DNA of 64,000 bases, taken from positions 7,130,001 through 7,194,000 of the forward strand of contig CATNEN010000001.1 in the NCBI GenBank assembly GCA_950097015.1, given 5' to 3'. Source of the DNA: Macrostomum hystrix. Its lineage: Eukaryota; Animalia; Platyhelminthes. Positions 28,101-38,174 of the stretch are shown here, piece by piece; position 1 is the stretch's first letter; every line of letters starts with the position of its first letter. Made by a program: the position numbers and the translations under genes. The notes beneath the pieces were generated by a model. The model was not told where the DNA came from. It did not search any database and saw only the letters and a program-made list of their open reading frames with translations.

Positions 28101-31100
28101 CAATAAATTATTTATTCCTGATTGTACAGTTTAGAACAAGTTAAATCTTTAAACGCTCTAGACGATCGAGTATGTGAAATCTTGAGTATTTTGCAATACT
28201 ATTTTTCAGTTTGTCTGAGTAACTACTCGTACTTGTGTCTTCTTTTAGAAATGTTAGTAGACGATGACATTTTAACCTGGAATAAAAGTTCGAATGTGCA
28301 ACCAGGTGTTTTTTTTTAATATAAAGTTTAAATTTTTCTTAACACATTAAAACTTTCTTTTGTTCGCCCAAAACAACTTTTAGACCTAATGCACAATCTG
28401 ATGTACTACGTGCGCGATTTCTACTTCTTCAAGAGGAATCACATTCCGCACCTCAGCCTGGTGAAACGAGACCCCGAAGAAGCCTATGACCAGTTGCAGA
28501 AGCACGCTTTTACACTTAAGTTTGTCGAAATTGGCAAGATTTTGCTCACCTACTCAGTTCTAAAGCACACTTCTCCTGCACAGACTGCAAATCATGCCTA
28601 CTTTCTGCACGAGGAGTTGTCTAAACTGCCTTCTTTTCCGCGCAAGGCTCTAGAGACTGAGTTCTCACTATATAACGGCAAGACAGGAAGGGAGCTGCAG
28701 GGTCTTGACCTGATTCACAAGCTTTCTTGGAGCAAACTAGTTGGTCTAGTATTCTCAAAGATGAACCCGACCTTCCCATGGGGCTCAGACATTGGCCTTT
28801 TCCTGAATGTCATTAACGGTACTTTTATCCTACACAATGAAGACGCGTCAATATTGCGCTACTGCCTAGCAACGTACATTAACTGCTGTATGCATTTCAA
28901 AACGATTTTTGCTACAACCGGCTACGTGTGGATCATCCCAACTATTCTTCGCGTATACAACCTTAGTCAGAAGAATTATCTCATTACTCATGCGATTGAG
29001 TGCGCCTGCAAGCAGTTCTTTATTTTGCATCGTACACCATTCATTCTGCAACTCTTTGGGAGCATTGCGAGTAGTCTTGACCTGGACGCTAAGGAGTCAA
29101 GCCCTACGGAATTTTACAAAATCAAACCATTGAGTCTTTATCGTCTTCTTTGGTCTATTACAGAAGACACGCAAACCGATGCCCTCGATATTTTGTCGAT
29201 GGTACACGCTCCAAAACCACTAAAGCCAGTTGACTTCTGTTATTCTGACGATCCAAACAACTGGAATGTTCTCGAGGCTGTGAGCTTGTGTGTGACAGTC
29301 GTGTCCTACGCACCCGAGTCTGCTCGTGCAAAACAGATGATCTGCATCCTGCAAGCAACGTTTCCTTTCATTCTTCGGGACTTAAAGAAGATCGCCAAGC
29401 AGGCCGAGGATAGCAGCCAGCGAGACGATGGAAGCAAGGCCAAGGGCGGTAGTGAGCTTGGTATTCTGATGCAGCTTAGCACGGCTGTTCGACAGCTGTT
29501 ATGCAACACTGATCTGCTCGCAAAGAATGCTCGTGGCTTTGAAGGACCCACCGAAAAAACTTCAGCAATGCGCACTTCAAGTCAGGCACCAGTTTCGGTG
29601 GTGATGGAAGATCGCGATGAGTCACCGTTTAAGCGGATGGAAGAAGGTCGTTGTGGTCAGCCAAATCGCGATAGTGGCATCACTGCACACCCAGCAGGAG
29701 ATGACGACCGCGAACGACTTGATTACATCACACAGCGCGAGGCCTACCTAAACTTGACAACGGACTACTTTTTGACAGGTGTAACCTTGTTAGTAGACCA
29801 GTTTAAAGGTCAAGAACGAATCTCAGATCTCCTTGACGCCAAGTCTATCGTACGCGTGGTAGACGTTGCGATGAATTTGCTTAAGTTGGTACCCTGCGAT
29901 CCGCATTACCGATCCGAGCAGCGACCGCTCATTACATTCATCTGCAAGGTCTTGCCACGTATTGAATGGCAGCAAGAAGCTCTGAGGGTAACTCTTGTGT
30001 CAATATTGCGTAGATTTGACAAACTTTACCGCGAGATCGAGAAAAAGATGGCTAATTCAAACCGAAGAATGTTTAACTGGGACTGTCTTGCCAGCTTGTT
30101 GGACTCTGTATCCGACTGCCTCATGCGACACAGAGCCGTCCTGGCACCTGTCAATCATCTAAAGACGCTCACCAATATTTGCATTCGAGTTATCTTGTAC
30201 GACACAGCATCCATGCGCGACAGCAGCTCATCGCTTGGCATTCCGGGCAGCTCTCCAACTCATAATCGTGACGTATTCACCAGCACAGGTGTGCCTAGTC
30301 GATTTTCTAAGTCAGTGATTAAACTTGTTAGCCTGCTGATGAACAGTACAGATAGTGGTACCGTGTGCTCACTTGATACAATCTGCCACACTGACGCTCT
30401 CTTCTCGGCGAATAAAACGGCTGTCATGTTGGGCCAGCTTGTTCTTCCGTTGCTGCTTCGCTGTGCTCTACAGCCAGAGGGCCCGGCGCTCAGTCCTGCA
30501 AATCAGCGTTTCGCTCTCTCACTCATACTGAATGCACTAAATCCGCGTAGCATTAAGTCACAGCAGCCGCAAGCCACAACCAACCCAGCTGCTACTGTCG
30601 CTAGTTCAGTAGTCGGTGGAGGTGTTGGTGGATCTTCAACAAAACATCTTGGTGTATCTGAGCGACATAGCATAACATCAAGCGACAAATCATTTCGCGC
30701 ATCGTTACACTCTAGCGACGTGGTGCAACGTTTAGCTTTAATTGGCTTGAAGATCATGCTTGTTGCCTACTCCAGATTGATTCAGTTAGACTGTTATCGG
30801 GTCGCCAAAGCTATCACCGAAATACCTTACGGCGCTCACCTGTGGAAATTTGTTGACTTCCTAGTAACGAACCGGCCGCCAATTTACCCTCATCTTTTGC
30901 CTTATATTAAGTTCCGCATGATGCAGACCAGATGCGAAAGTCAGGCTGAGCACGCGCTTCAGGCTCTGGTTGGTCAAAGACTGGCTGGTGCAGGAGTACC
31001 CCCAAAGCGCTGCGTACACCATGTTCTACAAGATCTCGCAAGTGAGCTGCGTGCTGCCAAGGAGGAATCGGAGCCAGTGCGCCTGAGGACAGCGTCAAAT

Positions 31101-34100
31101 GCTTCTTCAATGCGCCCTACGGGTGCATCCTTCCGACGTGAGACGTCACTTAAGAGGAATCCGAGCCAGCGCATAACCGCCAAAGATGGGAGCCGGTGTC
31201 TGCAAAAGTATGCCAGCACTCAAAACCAAAATCAACAGGGATTGCCAGGTAAGAGTGCTTCATGTCTATACGGCACTATTACAGTCACAAATTACCTAAA
31301 ATAAAATTTTCTTTTTAGTAGTGCAGGTGATTTTGAAAATTTTTGGCTTGAACACAATACGCTTGTACAACAGCTACATATTACTTCAGTCATTCTTGGT
31401 AAAAATAGTTCATCTTTGTATTGAAAAAACATGGTTTTATGTACGAGCGTAATTTAGAATTTCTAGCAGTTAATGCAAATCGGGAATTTTAATGATCACC
31501 TAGCGGATATCGCGCGAACGAACGAAACCTGCTTGAACTAACAACTTTTAGTTCAAAATGTTAAATGTTTGACTGAAGTTTCGAATTAATTCCAAAGTAC
31601 TTACGAGAACAGGTAAACAAAATTATTATTATAAACTTAAAAGAAAAGTTTATTACTTAATTTTAGCCTTGGGATCCAGCAACAGTTCTTTACAAATAGT
31701 TAAAATGTTTGGCAAAAGTATTACTCGTACCTTATTTTACGGCAACTACTTCGTGAATAGCTACCTAATAATTAATTAATCTGCAAAGGTTTCCCCTAGG
31801 CGGTGAAACCACTTGCAGGGAATTTTTACTTGCAGGAAGCTGAAAAATGCTATCTTCACTAGGGTAGTAAATTTTTTATATGATGTTGCTTTGTGATGCT
31901 TTGATAGACATCAAAATGAAGCTCTTTATTTAAATTCCTTGGATATTGGAATAATGGACTAGTCACATTATATGAAAATGACAAATCGACTAACATTTTG
32001 ATTGCGCTCCTTTCGCAAACTTTTACAGCTATTATAATTGGTATGGTGTTATGAATCAAATAGTTCTGTGTTATTTAGACATAAAATATTATAGGCTATA
32101 ATGCGCGCTATGTATGGAAATAGTTTTCTGTTTGAATTTTTGTTCATTGAGTTCTATTTATCTGACGTTTGCCAAAAATGTAAAAGTGTTCGTCTCTGGT
32201 GTTATAGTAATACTATAAGTGTGATAATTTTCAATTTTTTATTATATTCAAAATAAAAACTATAGCCTTTGTCTTGTAATTTTTATTTACACACGTCCCG
32301 ATATGTTTTTCCACCTAAATTGATAAGACATGAATCAAAAGAAAGGTGGCTGGAGTTAACAACTGAGCATATTTAAGCTTCGATCTTAGTTCACCTAAAG
32401 TAATATTCTCTGACAAACAAAAAATAAAACATATAAGACATATCAAAATCATTTTTATGGAGCTAAAAAGCATAGAGTTAAAAAATAGGCGTGTTTACGA
32501 ATCGTATGAATCTGCTTTCATAACCTCTTTGTGTAAAAGTAGTGGATCAAACATATCGGATATTATTGGAAATTTGATCCCGCTCGTTAGAAAATCGCAG
32601 GGGTGCCTTGAAACTGAGGGATCGACACCACAGGCCTACCAGACCCATTGTCGTAAATAACTTTTTATTGAAGTTTTTGCAAACTTTCTTGAAGTTTCTT
32701 AAGCTTGTGTTTGTTTTCTTTTGCTAAAAACGATACGTATCTAGAAATTATCTTATCTAACTATATCTAGGTGTGTTTTTACATCAAACGATTGCAATTG
32801 CAGTGGAATTAATTGAGTACCAAAATATAACAAAGTCACAAGTAATGCACCTAAAATTCTGTTGAAAATTTTTTTGGCATGCTCGCATTTTGAATACGAT
32901 CAGAATTATGATGCGTGTAATAAAAATCATTTAGCATTTTGACATGATTCGTCATTTTTTTCGTGGCATGCAAAGCAGCAGCATAGACGAAACATCTCTT
33001 TGAAGTGCATTGTAAAAATCTAACCAAGTAACTATGTTTTCCCGTTTTGGCGCAAGCATAATAATTTTAGTAGATTGAATGTTTTCTGTTGGATTTTTCT
33101 GTTACAAATTTCAGTATTCTGGCTACACGCATTGAGAACTGGTAAATAGTAGAAATGCAAGACCTCATTTAAAGTGTAGTAGTATTCGATTTTCTAAATA
33201 TTATCCTTATCAATCAAGAAAGGCAAATATATTTTCTATTTAGAAACCATAGTTTTTATTCAAGATTTAGCATTTTTGCTCATTTAGTAACAGTAAATTT
33301 CCAGTAGTATTTTTATCGTTTTTGCTTAGCCCACCCGCTAAAACAAGAAGCGTCATTTCCTCCCACGTTTACTTAATTATCTGAGAACAAGTGCAAAATA
33401 CTTTCATCTTTTTATCCTTGTTGTAGAATCGAGTCAGGGACTACTAAAAGCTCCCTAGAGTATTTAGGGAGAGTATTTTCTAGAGTATTTAGTAGTCCAT
33501 GATTAGAGTTTTGTTAGATCTTACCATAATATTTCATCTTTAAGCACCATATTTAGGAGCCCTGTAGGAAAGTTTAATTTATGACTTCTAAAGTTTCAGA
33601 AATTGCGTAATGCAAAACTGAAAACACACGATTTTTGAGGAATGAATATCCTCAAATACTCATGAATATCTTCTGGCCTTTTAAAACAATACTTTTTCTT
33701 ACTCTTTACAAATGAAAGTGTTTTTTGCTTGCATGGGACCATCCATCCATAGTGTTTTTAGTTTTTACTAAAAGCGGAAACTTATTTTTACCTTTGACGA
33801 GTTCAATACACAATTTCCTAAATTTTAAGGCTTTTTCGCGTTACAATGAGTGGTTTTACCGGAATGCGAAGTTTCGTCATTATTTGATAAACTTAAAAAA
33901 ATCTTAATTGGAAAAATTGTTTAACTTTTTCCTCTTTATTTCTAGTTCCCTCAGTCGACAGCCTACCCAGTCAGGGAACACTAGACGAAGAATGTGAACT
34001 AATCACGGAAACAGAGGACGATTTTTCAAGAATACACCGAAACGATGCAAAGTGAGGAGCATTTCTTACTTATTTGATTCTCGAATATCTTGATACGCTC

Positions 34101-34832
34101 TGATATGTATGATCTAAAAATATTTTCTGAAACCACTTGGCGTGATGCACAAGATCGCAAAATAGTCTAGTCTAACAAATTACATAATTTTATTAAAATA
34201 TTATTTTTTCTGCATGCTATAGCATATGCTGGGATTTCAAATATTAATTATAAATAATTTCTTTTTTCTTTGTTTTAATCGTAAGTTGTAAACGCTAGTT
34301 ATCAACTCACATTAATTAAATCAAAACTGAACCTCGTAGATCTCGCAAGACTTTCAAATCGTGGCGCGGACGTCAGCAGCGCAGCCAGCGTCGATCGCAG
34401 AAATCTTCAACTCATTGTGCCGGAGGCAGTCTAGAGTCTAGTGATTTTAACACCTCCGCGGCGGCTGCAGCATTGCACTGCCTTCCATCACCCATTCCCG
34501 AGGGTCGTCTTTCAGAAGATCGAAATCAGCACCAGCAGCAACAGCGAAATCGAACTACAGGTGGAGGCTTGTTCAAGTTTGCAAGACACAACAGCGGTCG
34601 TCAAACACGTAGAGTAGACAGTCCGCTTCACGTCGAACTAGCCAGTGTTGAGCCTAGCGACGCTGGGAGCGATATCGCTCTGGTCAATAATCCAGGCTCA
34701 GCTTCAACGTCTGCCGGTATTGCCGGCACTAGTGGCACTGTAGCTGTATCAAACAAAAAGCATGCCGACAACGGTGAGCGCGTTGATGACTCAGAGAATG
34801 CGGCCTTTCTCTTAGAGGAATTAATTGTCTGA
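3718..34832 (+). CDS. unc-80: Protein unc-80 homolog (NALCN channelosome subunit), 5'-partial multi-exon gene
   Basis: Phase-consistent AG/GT exons: 3718-4151, 5327-5881, 5964-6624, 7069-7323, 7400-7684, 12737-12859, 13000-13295, 13388-13811, 13886-14106, 14279-14648, 21931-22083, 22184-22284, 24047-24133, 24434-24586, 24682-24780, 24884-24977, 28384-31248, 33946-34051, 34340-34832 (TGA). Motifs recognised as UNC80: CIGCTHGC..LVDILHAFTGFCMDP, FRFLLDSCHPGVVPEPQLVAAMLDLEAPVVARA, PVAWELLLE, FKIPPPNIEFVLPSP, LKDLKQTLRKEQCD, ITANVPSAKKIIV, YVRDFYFFKR, LPSFPRKALE, SRKTFK. Confidence 0.93.
4325..5170. repeat. 30-bp minisatellite (CTAGAATCTKCTCCAGGAACTAAACCTACC)n in an unc-80 intron
   Basis: About 28 copies, some 29-bp variants. 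Confidence 0.95.
5327..7684 (+). CDS. unc-80: unc-80 exons 5327-5881, 5964-6624, 7069-7323, 7400-7684
   Basis: PLYSDVRNLLNYLREVHGCTFRR; AAMLDLEAPVVARACVLLECAHFVHRC; STVNEAGDACPHALK..LLLEITRFLRD; RRRISFA; splice phases match. Confidence 0.9.
6761..7035 (+). mobile_element. tRNA-derived SINE, family A (CORE-like), near full length
   Basis: A box TAGCCTAGTGG, B box GGTTCGATTCC, followed by a CORE-like segment; homologous copies at ~3193, ~44450, ~55358. Confidence 0.8.
8360..8545 (+). mobile_element. SINE family B copy (3'-truncated)
   Basis: aggtccctgagctcgaatccacggcgaggccacatt...cactgcctgac. Confidence 0.7.
8922..9230 (+). CDS. unc-80: Candidate unc-80 cassette exon (309 nt, phase 1-1)
   Basis: cacag| acceptor, TCGG|gtaaag donor; GC-rich open frame (GRTGGSGGGPGG...SEDS) inside an AT-rich intron. 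Confidence 0.65.
10379..10408 (+). CDS. unc-80: Candidate unc-80 microexon (30 nt, GSRKFSEVGE)
   Basis: Long pyrimidine tract ending cacaacag|, donor AAC|gtaaga, phase 1-1. Confidence 0.6.
11461..11649 (+). CDS. unc-80: Candidate unc-80 polyQ-containing alternative exon (boundaries uncertain)
   Basis: ccgtcag| phase-1 acceptor; phase-1 donors possible after 11499 (gtagtg) or 11649 (gtaata); mixed CAA/CAG codon polyQ. Confidence 0.4.
12737..14648 (+). CDS. unc-80: unc-80 exons 12737-12859, 13000-13295, 13388-13811, 13886-14106, 14279-14648
   Basis: FPWLKAV..NFVCEHQ|GFCHPNC; PVAWELLLE; RFQ|VWLRLEDGA..FKIPPP; canonical splice sites in phase. Confidence 0.9.
15315..15329 (+). CDS. unc-80: Candidate unc-80 microexon (15 nt, VPHIT)
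   Basis: cttcgctttttatctccgtacag|TGCCACATATTACAG|gtaacg, phase 1-1. Confidence 0.55.
17097..17635 (+). other. Long imperfect inverted repeat (predicted pre-mRNA hairpin) enclosing the 9-nt microexon
   Basis: Nested complementary blocks: 17171-17183/17551-17563, 17186-17202/17513-17529, 17208-17223/17493-17508, 17317-17323/17394-17400. Confidence 0.7.
17386..17394 (+). CDS. unc-80: Candidate unc-80 microexon (9 nt, EII)
   Basis: ctgtctgtcctttgcag|AAATCATTG|gtaagg, phase 1-1. Confidence 0.55.
18322..18441 (+). CDS. unc-80: Candidate unc-80 cassette exon (120 nt)
   Basis: cccctcccag|TA..GAAG|gtttgt, GC-rich, open, phase 1-1 (VSSAEPDHRRPSSAPMAAR...). Confidence 0.65.
21931..24977 (+). CDS. unc-80: unc-80 exons 21931-22083, 22184-22284, 24047-24133, 24434-24586, 24682-24780, 24884-24977
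   Basis: FPSCICGAVVPIIHLLDD; LVEDPNLFLRYFLEKLT; LPPQAAHAMFNYI|LGYVMFYVR; ITANVPSAKK. Confidence 0.9.
22642..22665 (+). CDS. unc-80: Candidate unc-80 microexon (24 nt, NAFTQMRQ)
   Basis: ttttatttag|AAC...CAG|gtaagt (perfect donor), phase 0-0 matching the host intron. Confidence 0.6.
28384..31248 (+). CDS. unc-80: unc-80 giant exon (2865 nt)
   Basis: Open ORF 28389-31304; ttttag|AC acceptor; CCAG|gtaaga donor; conserved C-terminal UNC80 blocks. Confidence 0.93.
33946..34832 (+). CDS. unc-80: unc-80 last two exons (33946-34051, 34340-34832)
   Basis: tttctag|TT..GCAAA|gtgagg; cgtag|A TCT CGC AAG ACT TTC (SRKTFK); stop TGA after ..LLEELIV. Confidence 0.8.
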
Positions 34833-37774
34833 AGGCAAAGAAATTTTCATTTTTTCGTTTTTGTCCTTATCTATCTATATCAGCATAGGAAAAATATTTA
34901 CCAGAAAATGAGAGTTTGTAACTATAACTACAACTATGTTACATCGTTTTAATCTGTTGACTTTGAATGCGAAAGTTGACTATGTTGATGCAATGAAATT
35001 CCGGAAACTTTTGGCTCACCCTTATAATATGTTTTGAGCCCTAACAAAAACAAATAGTTTAAATCATCCGAAGAACTAAAAATTAAATTACAGAAGTCCT
35101 CAATTTTTCCTTTGTCTAGTCTGGCAATATTTAGAAGTGGTAAAGTATACCATCTATGCGTATGTAGTTAGTGCTGAGCATTTAAAAAATTTACTCAATT
35201 TTAATGTCGTTGTTTTCTAAGTCTTTAAATTACAGGCGAGCTAGAGTAGCAGGAAGTATTGGGTTATTTTAAGCAGTTTAAATTGAAATTTAAGCATGAA
35301 ATTTAGGCAAGTGCCACTGTGGCCTTGTAAATACCATCAATAAAACAAAAAAGATAAACTGCATTAAAACAAACGCTTAGTAATAAACTCAAGTTAAACC
35401 AAAAATGATAAAAATTTACGCCTCGCCTATAGTTTAAAAACTAAATTCTGCGAATCCTCGCTTTAGCGTAAAAGTTGATTAAGATTGCGTTAGAATACCA
35501 AAGTAGAAAAATAAGACATACTTCAGGATGGCTTGTACTTTTTAATTACCCGAGTACTCGATGACTGAATCTATAAACAAATTTCATAGAAAAGTACACA
35601 TTTTGCAGCATTTTTATGGTTGCGTGTAAATCTTACACACAGTTCAGTAATAAATAAAGTTTTCATTAAAAAATGTTTAGATTTTGAAAATAGCTTTTTT
35701 AATTTAAAGTAAACAGCAATGTGATTTTTGTGATTATTTTGTTTTTTTTTATGGTTATAGTTATACTCAAATAGTTCAAAAATGTTATATACTTTTTGTA
35801 TGGTGAGCGCCCGGCCGGATCTCAGAAACAAAATTTCATCTGTGGCTTAAGTTTAGATACTCTCCAAGATTACTGACTGAATAATCGACAAATCAAAAAA
35901 ATATTTTTTTTGGCAATCATTGATAGAACTTTAAACTGTACACAGTGCATGCGTCAACACAACTGCTCATGTTTTGCTAATTTAAAGATATTATCTTTAT
36001 CTCTTTTCTCCAAATGTATATAATGTACCAAAGTTAAAGTGCGATTTCCTTTAATTAAAAATCGTCTTCGAGTATTTTTCACATGTAGTTTAACTTTTTA
36101 TAGTACCGTTTATTTCAATTATTGTTCCATTTGCGCTTTTCCTCCGAATTCAAGTGTGAGGTCCAATCTGCAGGGCAATTGACGTTCTGCGCAATCGCGT
36201 TACCTATAGCGCCATAGTTAAAATTTTCTTGGACACCTAAAATATAGAGTAGCTCAAGCTCATTTATAAATATGTTTTTATCGATTTTGTATCCGTGTCA
36301 CTTGCTAAGTTCATGGCTCTTTTAATATAAGTACTCATTTTCATTTCGGTCGAGATAAAATGTTTCGAGTTTAATTTTGTTTTATGTGTATTATGTGTGT
36401 CTATTTTGTTTATGCTTAGAGTAAAAAGTCTTGTCGACTGCTGTCTTAAAACGCAATTGAACGCCTGTCTGCTTTTTATTTTCATGACATTTACAACACT
36501 CTCTTGTCAAACACATGATTTCTGAAAGTATAATTTTCGATTTCCTAGCGCGCTTTTTCTTCCTGTTTATTTGTTTACCTCCTAACTGTCCAGCCTTTAA
36601 TAATTTAGAACATCCCGTATTTTTTCTATCGCTAGTATAACTGCACTTTCTGAAACTAAATTAGCTTATGGTGATGTAAGTGACATGCTGACTGAATGCG
36701 TGAGAACCAACACTGCGGTCTATATCTCCAAATAAGGCGGCCGAATTATAGGATTTAAAAAATAAGCAATCCACAAACACCATTTTGCGAGTTGTCTATA
36801 TTCATACAATTCCTTATTTTATTACTCATATCATAGCTTCTGTTGGGGATGTTTCAAATAAAATCTAAGGATTTAAAATTATGTGAACTGGACCACATTT
36901 GTGCGCCTTTAATTAGAAAATTATTATGTCATTTTCCATTCCCGCTTTTTACTGTCATTTTGAAAATACACTAGGCATACTGATTTGGGCACGATAGAAC
37001 CCGTCGTCAATCAACTAATGGGCTTTACAGACCATTAGATTAAGAAATAAAACTAAAAATTGCTATGCAAAACTTGTTCTTAGCTTAACAGTATTAAAGG
37101 TTCGAGTATTGCGGTAAAACCTATATGGCAGTTAACTCGCATTTTGTTTATTGCTACTGGGCAGTCAATGCCCAAGCAGAAAGAGATGGCAGGAAAAACT
37201 ACACAAGAAGCCAACAACTTTGCCTGTTTATTGAAGAGTAAAATATATGAACTCGGGATTTCATATTTTTAAATACATAAAATATTTTTATATAGCTGGA
37301 AATGAAAATCATGTAATAAATTGGGCCAAACATATTCATGCTGAAAATATATTGTTGAAAGTGATATTGAAAAGTTAATCTTTACTATGTGGAAGAACTG
37401 GAAAACTGTGGAAATACGTTTTTTCGAATCAAACTTACTAAGTTTTAATTGCTTTGAACCAAAATTCATGCAAAATGTACAAGTAAGTGCATGGTTTGTT
37501 TTCTGAATGTTTTAGGTCAATTTACTTCACATAAACTGGCTTCTAGAACAATATGTTTCATTATGATTTCTAAGGATGAATTTATTGGAACAGAAATATT
37601 TATGTTTTAGTCAAGTCAGTAGTTTGCTATCGTTGACTGGAATATGATATTTAGAATGAATTGCTATTCTCTGTCACGATCTGCGAGGGTTTCTTTATAT
37701 CGGAAGTTATGTAGCTCGTTTGCTTATTTTCGACGCCTAAAAAGCAGCTTCAACCGCGGGCATTCCAGAAAAGT

Positions 37775-38139
37775 CTAAAGCGCCGAGTCTTCGTAGCCAG
37801 CATTTTCGTGTCCTCCGTCAGCCGCAATGTCTTCTGTATTAGGCAGGCTCTTCAGGATCTCGTTAAAATTCAACTCGAGCTCTTCACGATCGCGACGTGA
37901 CTCCTCGTCTTCGTGAACCTGTGTGCGATTGTTTTTTATTTTAGAGTGAAGCTTTCGATTTCAAATTGTTCATGCATTTTTCTTTTGTTGGTAAAAAGGT
38001 AAAAAATATTGATAAACGAAGTTATACCTACCAGAACATCGACAGTTCTGGTTTCCAATGAGCCAGAACCGTGAGTCTCATCAAACACAGGCAATGGTTT
38101 AGCATCGTCGGGTTGGTAGCGATTCTTAGTGGGTGACGA

Positions 38140-38174
<35 letters not shown>

